64,000 nucleotides of DNA, from the sequence record NC_042056.1, one strand, 5' to 3'. The number at the start of each line of letters is the position of its first letter. The first letter of the stretch is position 1. The notes beneath the pieces are model-generated. The model saw nothing but the letters and a program-made list of their open reading frames with translations. It was not told where the DNA came from and did no database searches. The position numbers and the translations under genes are program-made. Of this stretch, positions 54,219 to 63,371 are shown piece after piece.

Positions 54219-54707
54219 ATGATAGCTGCAATTATTAAACTGCTTCCTTTTCTCCAGTTGCTTCTAGAAGCATTCAAGCCGGGGGATGGAGAAAAGGTAA
54301 CCCGAGCCAATAAAATCACAGCACTCGCAATCGTTTTACTTCTGACGTATTCACTCTTTGTGTCGTACGCCTACGTTGACCAGTTTCATAAATTGGTTCA
54401 GATTCGAGAACACGACCAGTACGTCGCTCGCCAGAACGACGAGCGTGGAGAGACCATCAAAACGCAGGCGGATGAGTTAAGAACGCTCTACAGCCGCATT
54501 TTCGAATGCTTGAGCAATCGACCATATGATGGCGCGAAGGGCGCAGCAAGTGTACCACCTCCTGCTCCAGTGGCGGTACCGCAAACACCGGTTCACACCG
54601 AAACCAAAACCGCCGACAACAAGCGCGAGGCTGCTGCTAAGCCGGTAGGTGTAGTAGATATGAGTCAGTTCCGTCAAGAACTGCTCAAGAACTTAAACGA
54701 GGAGTGA
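54219..54707 (+). CDS. Candidate inner-membrane spanin (i-spanin)
   Basis: GAGGTG SD; TM helix followed by coiled coil, Cys and a Pro-rich linker; immediately upstream of a lipoprotein. Confidence 0.45.
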   Translation: MIAAIIKLLPFLQLLLEAFKPGDGEKVTRANKITALAIVLLLTYSLFVSYAYVDQFHKLVQIREHDQYVARQNDERGETIKTQADELRTLYSRIFECLSNRPYDGAKGAASVPPPAPVAVPQTPVHTETKTADNKREAAAKPVGVVDMSQFRQELLKNLNEE

Positions 54708-54709
54708 AA

Positions 54710-55174
54710 ATGAGGGTCATGCTAATTTGCTTATCGCTGTTGCTCACAGCGTGTAGCAGCTGGGCACCCGTCAAGACGACCACTGCAAACACTGAGTGGT
54801 CGGTTCGTGAACTTGGACCACCCCCTGTTTATCCACAAGGGGTAGTAAATCTGGATGACCCGCGATACCGTTCGTGGGTGGCAGATGTTAATGCGTATGC
54901 GTACTACGTGTTCGTGTACGCCCGTAATCTTAACGATTACGCCAGAGTTCATGGATGGCGGCCACCGCAAGTTGCACCCATTTGTGAGAAGTTTGATTTG
55001 TGGGTGGTTCATCCCATTCCACAACGCATTACCTTGGACGAACGTGCTCGTCGTCCTGAGGACATCTCACGCGATTTGGCAACGCAACTCAAGCGCATTC
55101 TACTGAACTACCGTGAAGATCGTAAGTCTTTCCAGAAAGCATACGAAGCCCACCTTAGCACATGCCTTAACTAA
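54710..55174 (+). CDS. Lipoprotein, candidate outer-membrane spanin (o-spanin)
   Basis: GAGGAG SD; MRVMLICLSLLLTA-C lipobox; Pro-rich; extra Cys. Confidence 0.5.
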   Translation: MRVMLICLSLLLTACSSWAPVKTTTANTEWSVRELGPPPVYPQGVVNLDDPRYRSWVADVNAYAYYVFVYARNLNDYARVHGWRPPQVAPICEKFDLWVVHPIPQRITLDERARRPEDISRDLATQLKRILLNYREDRKSFQKAYEAHLSTCLN

Positions 55175-55178
55175 AACA

Positions 55179-55218
55179 CGACACCTATTCCTTCGGGGGT
55201 AGGTGTCGCTTTATTTTT
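55179..55218 (+). terminator. Intrinsic terminator
   Basis: CGACACCTATTCC-TTCG-GGGGTAGGTGTCG followed by a T-rich tail. Confidence 0.8.
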
Positions 55219-55262
55219 ACACAACCAACCCATCTAATGTATACCCACAGGAGAGTTTAATC

Positions 55263-56018
55263 ATGACCGAAGTCACCCCAACCAAACGCACGCCGAATAT
55301 CTTCGATGCACCCGATATCCATATCCCAACCATCGTCATCGGTATCGACGCCGAGACTAAGTCAACCCGCGCCGATGCGTATCCGGTTGCCATTGGGGCA
55401 GGGGCATGGGACATCGCTACGATGCGTCTTATCGCGACGCATTACCAGACCATCGACCCGAACGATGAGAAAGCAAAAGCCATCTTCCATGAAGACCCAT
55501 ACACCATGGCGTGGTGGCGTGGGGAAGGGGATAACCCAGACTATGCACCGTCGCGTGAAGCATACGCCGAAGCATTCTCCGGCACCATGCCGATGCCAGA
55601 AGCCTTATGGGGGATGTACAACTTCCTTGAGAAGTTCAAATCTCACAAGGTTGCACTGACTATGCGTGGCCCAGAGTTCGATCAACCGATTCTGATGAAC
55701 GCCTTTGCCCAGTGTGATGTCCCGACGAGTCTCCTGAAACGTTTCTCGATGCTGGACTCTGACCGGACGGCTGAGCGTATCATGCACGCATTCAACCTGA
55801 CGCCGGACTACCGTGCGGAATCGCACAACTGGACGCGCGGTAAAGACGCTTATCTGCACCATGCCTGTTTTGATGCAGCGCGTGAAGGTTACATTACTGC
55901 CCGTATTTATCACTTAGCGCTGGTTGCGCGTCTGCACGGCTTTGACCGTATGCTGGAAGCGCACAACCAATTGATGACCGGTGAATATACGGCTATGGAT
56001 TATCTGAGAGAGGAATAA
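55263..56018 (+). CDS. DEDD-family 3'-5' exonuclease
   Basis: IGIDAET (ExoI), GPEFD..IL (ExoII), HHACFDA (ExoIII); ATG 55263 with GGAG SD. Confidence 0.85.
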   Translation: MTEVTPTKRTPNIFDAPDIHIPTIVIGIDAETKSTRADAYPVAIGAGAWDIATMRLIATHYQTIDPNDEKAKAIFHEDPYTMAWWRGEGDNPDYAPSREAYAEAFSGTMPMPEALWGMYNFLEKFKSHKVALTMRGPEFDQPILMNAFAQCDVPTSLLKRFSMLDSDRTAERIMHAFNLTPDYRAESHNWTRGKDAYLHHACFDAAREGYITARIYHLALVARLHGFDRMLEAHNQLMTGEYTAMDYLREE

Positions 56019-57538
56019 TGGACGTTAAAGAGTACGATCATGTCGTCGTCTATACGGACGGTAGTCGTGTAGGCCCTCCGAATGGTACGGGGGGCGGTAT
56101 CCACGGGTACGCTTTCAACAGTGGGGTGTTAAATGAAAACACCCCGTACAGCCTGCCGGACGTAGAGGAGTGTGTCACGACCAACGGGTACAAGAAGTTC
56201 CCGAAGGACATTAAGAAGCCCACGGTACCTGAAACAGTTGATTTCTTCGACTGTGTAATTCCCGTTCCGGCGGAGTTCTGGTCGGACGTGGCAGAACTGA
56301 TGGCATTTATCAGTCTCTTTGAAAACTCACCTATCCTTGCCAAGAACTACACCATCTATATCGATGCGTCTTACGTGGTCAACGCGTGGAACGATTGGAT
56401 GGATGGATGGCGTAAGCGCGGTTGGACGAAGGCAGACGGTACCCCGATTGCTAACGTCAACCTTATCAAGAAGATTGATGAGATTAAGACCCGTTTGCGT
56501 CAAGAAGGCCGTTCTATCCGCGTGATCAAAATCAAAGGCCACGCAGGGTTCTACGGTAACGAGCGTGCGGACATGATGGCGCGTAAAGCCTCATCAATGG
56601 TTGCTGCGGGTCAAGGGGTTGAGTACCGTCCGTTGTGGAGCGTCTCCGGTGAGCTGCCTGCGGAACCCGAAGCTGAGGTCATGGGCGGCGACGGCAGTTT
56701 ACTCAACATGCCAAAAATCACCAACACGAAGTTCTGCTATCCGTTAGTGAATGAGGAACACCCAACCTTGTCCATTAACGGTGAAAGCTGGAAATACATG
56801 TTCGGTGGGAACCACGCAAAGAACAAGGAAGATATCGTGTTCATCGGTAAGATGATACCCGATGCGCAGTTTGCGGTGTTCCTGAGTAAAGACGGTTGGG
56901 ATAACATTTACCAGTTGGTCAACAAGCACAACGAATTGGCGTGGGATAATATCCCGCCGATGAAACGCTATGACCCAATTGCCATTGTGTACAACACGAT
57001 GATTAAGCGCAAGAAGTTCCAAGACGCTGCAAAAGAAGGGTTGCCGGTTAATCTGATGAAATTCAGCGAAGACGGGAACCTGTGGATGTACGACGACCTT
57101 GCAATTACGCGTGTCGTGCGCCCAGCGCTGCTCTCTTACCGTGCGTTGGAAATCCGTGATGAACTGGCTGCCTTTTTACGCGACGGCGTAGAAGACCGCT
57201 CAAGCGTTGTGCTGAACGATATCACCCATCTGCTATTTGATGAGAAAGACAAGCCGGTGAAGACCTTCTACCGTAATGTCGATGTCAGTTTCAACGTGAA
57301 GGTCAACTACCCTGAAAGTGACAAGCAGATTCCGATTATCCTGACCCGTAATATCGACATGCCGGATCGTACCGACATGAACCGTATCATGGAGCCAGGC
57401 GGTAAATGGTACGTGGCTTGTCGTCGTCCCCAGAAACGTTGCGTGGAGTTTGCTGTAGTCTACATTGGTAAGGAATACCATGGACTGTGGTGTGGCTATT
57501 ATGCCAACAAACGCATCCTGAGAGAAGAGGAAGTGTAA
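56018..57538 (+). CDS. rnhA: Ribonuclease HI with long C-terminal extension
   Basis: YTDGS, AEL, IDASYV, W..W..GW, KGHAG..GNE.AD. Confidence 0.9.
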   Translation: MDVKEYDHVVVYTDGSRVGPPNGTGGGIHGYAFNSGVLNENTPYSLPDVEECVTTNGYKKFPKDIKKPTVPETVDFFDCVIPVPAEFWSDVAELMAFISLFENSPILAKNYTIYIDASYVVNAWNDWMDGWRKRGWTKADGTPIANVNLIKKIDEIKTRLRQEGRSIRVIKIKGHAGFYGNERADMMARKASSMVAAGQGVEYRPLWSVSGELPAEPEAEVMGGDGSLLNMPKITNTKFCYPLVNEEHPTLSINGESWKYMFGGNHAKNKEDIVFIGKMIPDAQFAVFLSKDGWDNIYQLVNKHNELAWDNIPPMKRYDPIAIVYNTMIKRKKFQDAAKEGLPVNLMKFSEDGNLWMYDDLAITRVVRPALLSYRALEIRDELAAFLRDGVEDRSSVVLNDITHLLFDEKDKPVKTFYRNVDVSFNVKVNYPESDKQIPIILTRNIDMPDRTDMNRIMEPGGKWYVACRRPQKRCVEFAVVYIGKEYHGLWCGYYANKRILREEEV

Positions 57539-58290
57539 TGCAGAAGTTGCACAGCCAAACGCTTGTGATGCACACCGCGCAGTTGGTGGAGTCGATGGCG
57601 GACTACGCGTTTCTCACGTATGTGAAAGACCGTGCACGGTGTCAGGTGGAAGGGATTCCACCGTTTGATTGTCGTGAGATTGGGAAGCAGGCCATGGCGG
57701 AAGTCGTGGCTGAACTCCTGCTCGATGCGATCATGGGAATTAACGCTAACACCGGTTTCAGTTATCGCGGCGTCGTGAAGATGCCGGTTATCCACACTGA
57801 GAAGTATCAGAACTGGCGTGATTCAGGTAATTGTGGGATGTTCACCGTCGAAGAGATGTTTGACGCCCATTGTCGCGAGTTACCACTGGGGCCACTCATC
57901 GAAGGCGCTATCCGCTGGTACACCAGTGAGTTTGTCAACGAGATCATGGCACTGATCAACAACGATTGGTACTGTGACCGAGAAAATGAACTCGTTATCT
58001 TTACCAGTCGTGAGTTGCTCGTGAAGCAGATTCTCAACGGGACGGTGGTGTTGCCATTGCTGGCGAAGGAAGATTACGAATTTGCCGCTGAGGCGGACAG
58101 CTTCGAAGCAATTCGTGACGAAGTCTTCCAATGGCCATACTCGTTTGTCACCCAAAACGAGATGAAGGTGTTGCACGAACGTATTCCGTCTTTCATCCTC
58201 TCGCCAGAAGACCAAGATTCCGATGAAGACCCTACGGTCGAACTCTACGTCTTGAAGCCAGAAGTGATTGATAGAATCAAAAAACTCTGA
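57538..58290 (+). CDS. Hypothetical protein
   Basis: TAATG coupling to the RNase H stop. Confidence 0.65.
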   Translation: MQKLHSQTLVMHTAQLVESMADYAFLTYVKDRARCQVEGIPPFDCREIGKQAMAEVVAELLLDAIMGINANTGFSYRGVVKMPVIHTEKYQNWRDSGNCGMFTVEEMFDAHCRELPLGPLIEGAIRWYTSEFVNEIMALINNDWYCDRENELVIFTSRELLVKQILNGTVVLPLLAKEDYEFAAEADSFEAIRDEVFQWPYSFVTQNEMKVLHERIPSFILSPEDQDSDEDPTVELYVLKPEVIDRIKKL

Positions 58291-58312
58291 GATAGATATT
58301 ATCTTGGTGAGC
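58286..58312 (+). promoter_or_regulatory. Putative phage promoter, copy 3
   Basis: TCTGAGATAGATATTATCTTGGTGAGC; 22/27 match to 39631. Confidence 0.6.
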
Positions 58313-58332
58313 AGTCTATAAGGAGTATCAAA

Positions 58333-59067
58333 ATGCTTCGTGTCAACACCCCCGAACTCCTTCTCTTTAACCCCTCGCTTGTCGAGGGGTTGTTCGACAA
58401 GATGTGGGAGCGATACTTTAGAGAGGAGATGAATTCTGACCCGTGGTGGGAACGCTACCGTGGTGACTTCTTTCTGGACTCTTCGCAGATTACGCTGGAT
58501 GTGTTCAGCCGCTGTGTCGAAGAAGTAGTACAAGCTGCAAACCTGCGTCGTCCGATGGACTTCAATTACATCACGTTTGATTTTTCATGGTACATGGACA
58601 ATTACAACTACGAATGTGATTTGGGGATAGACGACCAAGAGAAGATTGAAAACAAGATGTTTGATTTCTTCCACTTTGCAATTAACCAATTGGTTTCACA
58701 GGAGTTCTTAGATGCGGCATGCAAACGACTAACCCCGACATGGGAATCCTTAACGGAACTCGTGGGGCAGCGTGGCATTGTGGGCTTCTGGTACGAACCC
58801 TGTCAAGGCCAGATGCACATGGACTCAGGACGTGACCACGTCTGGGCGGTGCAAGAAGGGGATTATGACGCTGAGCTGTATGCTGAGTGGCAAGGTGCGG
58901 TTGCAGGCACACTCTTTTACCACGCCACCATTGGCGATGGTAATGAGTTTTATTTATTTAATGGGTCGCTTATCCAAGACGGACAAACACTTGACCACAT
59001 CCCACTTGGGGAGATGGTGACACTGTGTCGTCTGACTGAACAAGCACAAACTATCATTGACCTTTAA
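58333..59067 (+). CDS. Hypothetical acidic protein
   Basis: AAGGAG SD, 244 aa. Confidence 0.65.
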   Translation: MLRVNTPELLLFNPSLVEGLFDKMWERYFREEMNSDPWWERYRGDFFLDSSQITLDVFSRCVEEVVQAANLRRPMDFNYITFDFSWYMDNYNYECDLGIDDQEKIENKMFDFFHFAINQLVSQEFLDAACKRLTPTWESLTELVGQRGIVGFWYEPCQGQMHMDSGRDHVWAVQEGDYDAELYAEWQGAVAGTLFYHATIGDGNEFYLFNGSLIQDGQTLDHIPLGEMVTLCRLTEQAQTIIDL

Positions 59068-59079
59068 GGAGTATCTACC

Positions 59080-59448
59080 ATGAAACTTGATCAAGCTATC
59101 CAACAGTATGTTACCCAATTCGACCGACACGGCCTGTTCCTGCTGCGCTTCACTAACGAAACCCAACTGCTGGAGCACAACCCAAAAACGTTTGCCGTGG
59201 TGTATGAAAACGACGGCATCGGTGAACCAGAGCGTATGACGCTGCGTAAGCTGCGTCAAGATGCCATTGAAGCCAAGGTCGTTCATGTTCAACCTGTCGT
59301 CTGTGCCCAAGGCTGGCCGGGTAAGCTCGATGTCGAAGCAGACGTGGTGTTAACTGTCGTGCAGGACGGTGACGTGCGTCGACTGGTGCCTGTAAAATGG
59401 CGTACCCTTGACACCCTGCCAGACGGCGTTGAATTCACGGAGTTGTAA
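59080..59448 (+). CDS. Hypothetical protein
   Basis: AAGGAG SD, 122 aa. Confidence 0.65.
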   Translation: MKLDQAIQQYVTQFDRHGLFLLRFTNETQLLEHNPKTFAVVYENDGIGEPERMTLRKLRQDAIEAKVVHVQPVVCAQGWPGKLDVEADVVLTVVQDGDVRRLVPVKWRTLDTLPDGVEFTEL

Positions 59449-59450
59449 GT

Positions 59451-60188
59451 ATGGATATGCGTCCCGTCAGGTTATACCTGCTGACGGCGCTTCACGATCA
59501 TTTGATGCGTCTCGGTGAGGCGCGTCATATCGCGAAGACAGCGTATCTGATGATTGCGCGAGAAATCGCGCGGTCTGACTTACGTGACCGTCACAAATGG
59601 CTGTTAACGGATGTGTGCGAGCGTTTGAAAGCACGCGTCTATTCGGATGAACTTACCCGTGCCCTTTCCTACGTCTGGGTCTATGATGACATTCGGGACG
59701 AATCCTTTCTCGACAACAGCGCACGGGTGGTTAAGTTAATCGAACGGGTGACCAACGATTACTACGCAACCACGGGTGGCCTCACAACCGAAGTGAATAT
59801 CCAAAGCTCCATCTTGGATTCGCTTCGTGAGACTGCCAATCATCTCGATGCGCCCATTCTTTTTTCTACCGACTATGACCTGTTGCGTTTTCGCATCTGG
59901 TTTACTGGGGAAATGGATGACGTCGACATGCACGAGCTGTGGTGTCATGACGTGCACAGCATGGATGAATGGACGTCCCTGCTTACGACCTACCCATCGG
60001 AGAAATACTTGTGGCGTCAAGATCACGAGCCGCTGCTTCCAGAGAGATTAGATGAAGAAGGTTACGACATCGAAGCGTTCTGGAAAAACATCACGATTCT
60101 CAGTTTGGACAAGCTCTACGTCGAAGCGAAGGAGCGTCTGTGCTCCGAGGATGAAGACCGATGCGAACTGTACACAGCTATGCACTGA
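59451..60188 (+). CDS. Hypothetical protein
   Basis: 245-aa ORF abutting its neighbours. Confidence 0.65.
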   Translation: MDMRPVRLYLLTALHDHLMRLGEARHIAKTAYLMIAREIARSDLRDRHKWLLTDVCERLKARVYSDELTRALSYVWVYDDIRDESFLDNSARVVKLIERVTNDYYATTGGLTTEVNIQSSILDSLRETANHLDAPILFSTDYDLLRFRIWFTGEMDDVDMHELWCHDVHSMDEWTSLLTTYPSEKYLWRQDHEPLLPERLDEEGYDIEAFWKNITILSLDKLYVEAKERLCSEDEDRCELYTAMH

Positions 60189-60577
60189 TGATGTTCCAAG
60201 CGTGGTGGCCAAAGCTCACGGAAGGGATTATTGGCGTGTCGGGGTGGGAATATGTGCTGGTGACCTCGTACCTGATAGAGTGTGCGAAGAACGGCCTTAT
60301 CCTGCCCAGTGAACGTCGTCAGGCGATGCTGATGGAGAAACTTGACTCCATGTATCCCGCGGCGATGTTCCAACACCGTAAGCATTTGTTCCATGCTGCG
60401 CTTGTTGAGTTAGGTGATGAACGTACTGCGATTATCGTGAAGAAAATACGCGATGAGATGGTTAATGTGTCACGCGAACTTAATCTGGTTTGGGTCGGTG
60501 TGTCGTACACACCGTTAGATGTTGTTCGTTGTCGTTACCAAGTTAATTTCGCAGCCACAACCCGAGGTGTTGCATGA
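60188..60577 (+). CDS. Hypothetical protein
   Basis: TGATG coupling. Confidence 0.6.
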   Translation: MMFQAWWPKLTEGIIGVSGWEYVLVTSYLIECAKNGLILPSERRQAMLMEKLDSMYPAAMFQHRKHLFHAALVELGDERTAIIVKKIRDEMVNVSRELNLVWVGVSYTPLDVVRCRYQVNFAATTRGVA

Positions 60578-61113
60578 AAGTATTATTAGACTTCTCGTTA
60601 TCAGAATCGCGGGCAAAGCTCGATGCGGTTTTGCTGGCGATGAAGAAGTCATTGGAGTTCGAAGTCCACAACGCGCTCGCGGAGTATGAGCGTACGTTAA
60701 AAGTGGAAACGGGCGATACCTATTGTCTGGTCGATGCCGAGGGGATTGTCAAAACCACGGTCGATGGGATGATTGATAAAGTCCGTAACGTCCTCAGTAC
60801 CCCACTGCCAGTTATGGTGGCACACTGGGACGATGGGGCCGATGTACTTGACCTGATTCGCGATGCCTTTGAGAAAGGTGCAGCGAACATGGAAAGTATG
60901 GCACTGGGTGATGCTACCGAAGTGTACGTGACCGTCCCGATGAAAGAGGGCGGTAACAACTTTGAGATGGTGTCTCTGCACGAGGTGCTGAACACGGCCA
61001 ATTCGCAGGCGATTGATAAGATACTGAACGACGCGTGTGTTAAAGTGCGCGACATCTGTATCAAAGAGATTGTCTACATTCAGGAAAAACTCTTGAAGGG
61101 AGCTACCTGGTGA
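60574..61113 (+). CDS. Hypothetical protein
   Basis: ATGA overlap; GAGGT SD. Confidence 0.65.
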   Translation: MKVLLDFSLSESRAKLDAVLLAMKKSLEFEVHNALAEYERTLKVETGDTYCLVDAEGIVKTTVDGMIDKVRNVLSTPLPVMVAHWDDGADVLDLIRDAFEKGAANMESMALGDATEVYVTVPMKEGGNNFEMVSLHEVLNTANSQAIDKILNDACVKVRDICIKEIVYIQEKLLKGATW

Positions 61114-61712
61114 AACTCCACATTAACCTGACCCCCAGTAACTTTGAAAAGCACTGGCCGGAAATGATGATGCAAATCCGTGAGTCGATGGATGCGTTCA
61201 TGCATGAGTTTACCGGCTTGGCGGTAGAAGACAACAAACTTCTCACGCTGCCACTCTGGTCTGTTTTGTTTGATCCGATATCGCGGTTGTCTAACTCCAT
61301 GCTGACGTTTGAATTTGACAAGACAGACATCGAAGATAAACGTATTGAGAAGAACATCGAGATTATCACCCTCGATACGAAACTCGACAGCGTGCTGGAA
61401 GACATTCGCGATGCGGTGAACTACGAGTTGAATGAGTTCAAGACATCCACCACTGCGAATGAAGCACTCAACGAATGGTTAAAAGAGATGTCTGACGAAA
61501 CCCGTGGTAAGTTACGGGATGAGTTGGTTGGGTTGGTTCATCGACACATCTCGACACTACTCGATATCCTGTTCGCGCAACTGACAGCGGAAATCATCGA
61601 AATCTCGTTCCGCTTTCGCCCGCGTCCGGTGTTAGTGTCAACGGATGGTGGTACGAAGATGGTAGGACGTATATCGGATATGATTCAGGACGTCCCTGAC
61701 GAACCGGCTTAA
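61110..61712 (+). CDS. Hypothetical acidic helical protein
   Basis: GTGA overlap; GGAG SD. Confidence 0.65.
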   Translation: MKLHINLTPSNFEKHWPEMMMQIRESMDAFMHEFTGLAVEDNKLLTLPLWSVLFDPISRLSNSMLTFEFDKTDIEDKRIEKNIEIITLDTKLDSVLEDIRDAVNYELNEFKTSTTANEALNEWLKEMSDETRGKLRDELVGLVHRHISTLLDILFAQLTAEIIEISFRFRPRPVLVSTDGGTKMVGRISDMIQDVPDEPA

Positions 61713-61714
61713 CC

Positions 61715-62194
61715 ATGAACGTGTATTTCGATTACGATGACTCGCATATCCGGCAGTTGTGGGTTGATGCGTTTGACAGTATTCGTATCGATTTGCAAGA
61801 GTATCTGCGAAATCAGATGCGTGAGTGCTCGCACACGGAATCGGTTGTTCTGGCGCAAACGTTGTTACAGCCCACCTATCAGGTGTTTTACAAACAACAC
61901 GACACTGTGTTTCGGACGGTCGTGGAAAAGGAAGACTTAGACGCATCGGAGTATTCGTTTGAGCTTGACGATGAAGCATACCGGAAACTCATCACCCAGA
62001 GTATCGAGGTGTCGGTTGTGGCAACGAAGAAGACGTGGAATGTCAGGACGTTGCCGGTGTTATTCGACCGGGATATCGTCTGCCAAAAAATCGAGGCCAT
62101 TCTCTTCGAGCATTTGGATGAGTTTGTCATTGAGTTGGTTGGGTACATGGAAGCCTTTGTCAACGAACTGATAGAGCAACGTCGAAATAAATAA
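61715..62194 (+). CDS. Hypothetical acidic helical protein
   Basis: 159-aa ORF, 2 nt after the upstream stop. Confidence 0.65.
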   Translation: MNVYFDYDDSHIRQLWVDAFDSIRIDLQEYLRNQMRECSHTESVVLAQTLLQPTYQVFYKQHDTVFRTVVEKEDLDASEYSFELDDEAYRKLITQSIEVSVVATKKTWNVRTLPVLFDRDIVCQKIEAILFEHLDEFVIELVGYMEAFVNELIEQRRNK

Positions 62195-62236
62195 AAAGCC
62201 TACCTACTCCATCGGGAGTAGGTAGCTTTATTTTTT
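62185..62236. terminator. Bidirectional terminator (near-identical to 52160-52211)
   Basis: A-run, CTACCTACTCC-ATCG-GGAGTAGGTAG, T-run. Confidence 0.85.
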
Positions 62237-62998
62237 TTATTTTGAATTGGCCTTTAAGGCTTTCAGTCTATCCCCGGTCTGGCTTAATGCTTGAATCAGC
62301 TCGTTGTTCTGTTTCATGAACAGACCAAACAGCTCAACCCAATCGGATGCCATGTCCAGCATCTTGACGATTTCAGCAGCGCACTGCGGATGTACCGGCG
62401 TTTCTGCTAACTCATCTGTGCTGGCACCGATGCTGGCAATCAGCTTATCGATATTGCGCTTGAGCTTTTCAGTAACCTCTTTGCTCAGTGCTTTGCTGCG
62501 GTTGAACGCCACATCAATCTCACCGGCATTGTGGAAGACCTTCTCAATCGGACGTTGGTCGACCGACGTTGTGGTGTAAGACGCAGCCAATTTCTTGACG
62601 AGGTCTTTCGGGTCAACGTTTTTGAGCGGGTACTTCAAATCTTTGAAGCGGAAACCGACAGGAACGGTAAGCATTCCTTTGTCATGGGTAAACGCAGCCA
62701 GTTGGCGGTTCACCGGTTCCAGCACGCCATCAATCAGGTTGTCCAGTACAGACCACACCGATTCCAGACGCTGGATATGGTCAATCATGTACACGTTCAG
62801 ACCCGGTGGTACGGTGACAAGCATCCCGGAGAAATGCAGGAACTTCTCTTGCTGCATCCATTTGGACATTGCCGACATGTCATCGTAGTTTGCCGGTTTG
62901 ATTTCTTGTTCGCTTCCGTTGAACGTCTTAGGAAGCACAGCCGACACTTTCGAGGCAAAAGTAGAAAGCGCGGCAATCGGGTTCAGGTTCATTTTCAC
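62237..62998 (-). CDS. Hypothetical protein, possibly virion-associated
   Basis: 253-aa helical ORF, GTG start with GAGG SD. Confidence 0.6.
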   Translation of the reverse strand: MKMNLNPIAALSTFASKVSAVLPKTFNGSEQEIKPANYDDMSAMSKWMQQEKFLHFSGMLVTVPPGLNVYMIDHIQRLESVWSVLDNLIDGVLEPVNRQLAAFTHDKGMLTVPVGFRFKDLKYPLKNVDPKDLVKKLAASYTTTSVDQRPIEKVFHNAGEIDVAFNRSKALSKEVTEKLKRNIDKLIASIGASTDELAETPVHPQCAAEIVKMLDMASDWVELFGLFMKQNNELIQALSQTGDRLKALKANSK

Positions 62999-63083
62999 CT
63001 CGGTGGAAGGGTAGGCTACATACTAAGTCTTTTTACGGTTAAGCCCTGTGTTATGTAGACGACTAACCCCTGAGGAATTGAAG

Positions 63084-63359
63084 ATGCAAATCAAAATGTT
63101 TACGCGTGCCTTGTCCGCGAAATTCGAACCTGAAATCTATTTCACCCCGCTGCGTAAGGATAATGAAGGCAATCGTGTTGTGGTTGGTCGTATCCTGAAA
63201 TCAGAAACGCTGGCTGATGGTAAGCGTCAGTTGACCATCGAAATCGACGATCGTAACAAAAACCGTTTCAAAGACTTGGGCGAAGAAGCCTGGGTTGAGC
63301 AACACTTCGAACTGAATAACAAGCGTCGCCTGATGCTGCCTACCAAAAAACGCGCTTAA
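63084..63359 (+). CDS. Hypothetical protein
   Basis: GAGGA SD before ATG 63084. Confidence 0.6.
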   Translation: MQIKMFTRALSAKFEPEIYFTPLRKDNEGNRVVVGRILKSETLADGKRQLTIEIDDRNKNRFKDLGEEAWVEQHFELNNKRRLMLPTKKRA

Positions 63360-63371
63360 CGGAGTTACGAC

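Noticed and set aside
57880-58533. Long antisense ORFs in the hypothetical-protein region (e.g. 217 aa at 57880, 175 aa at 62531)
   Set aside because: They fully overlap better-supported genes that have SD sites and operon coupling, and show no motifs.
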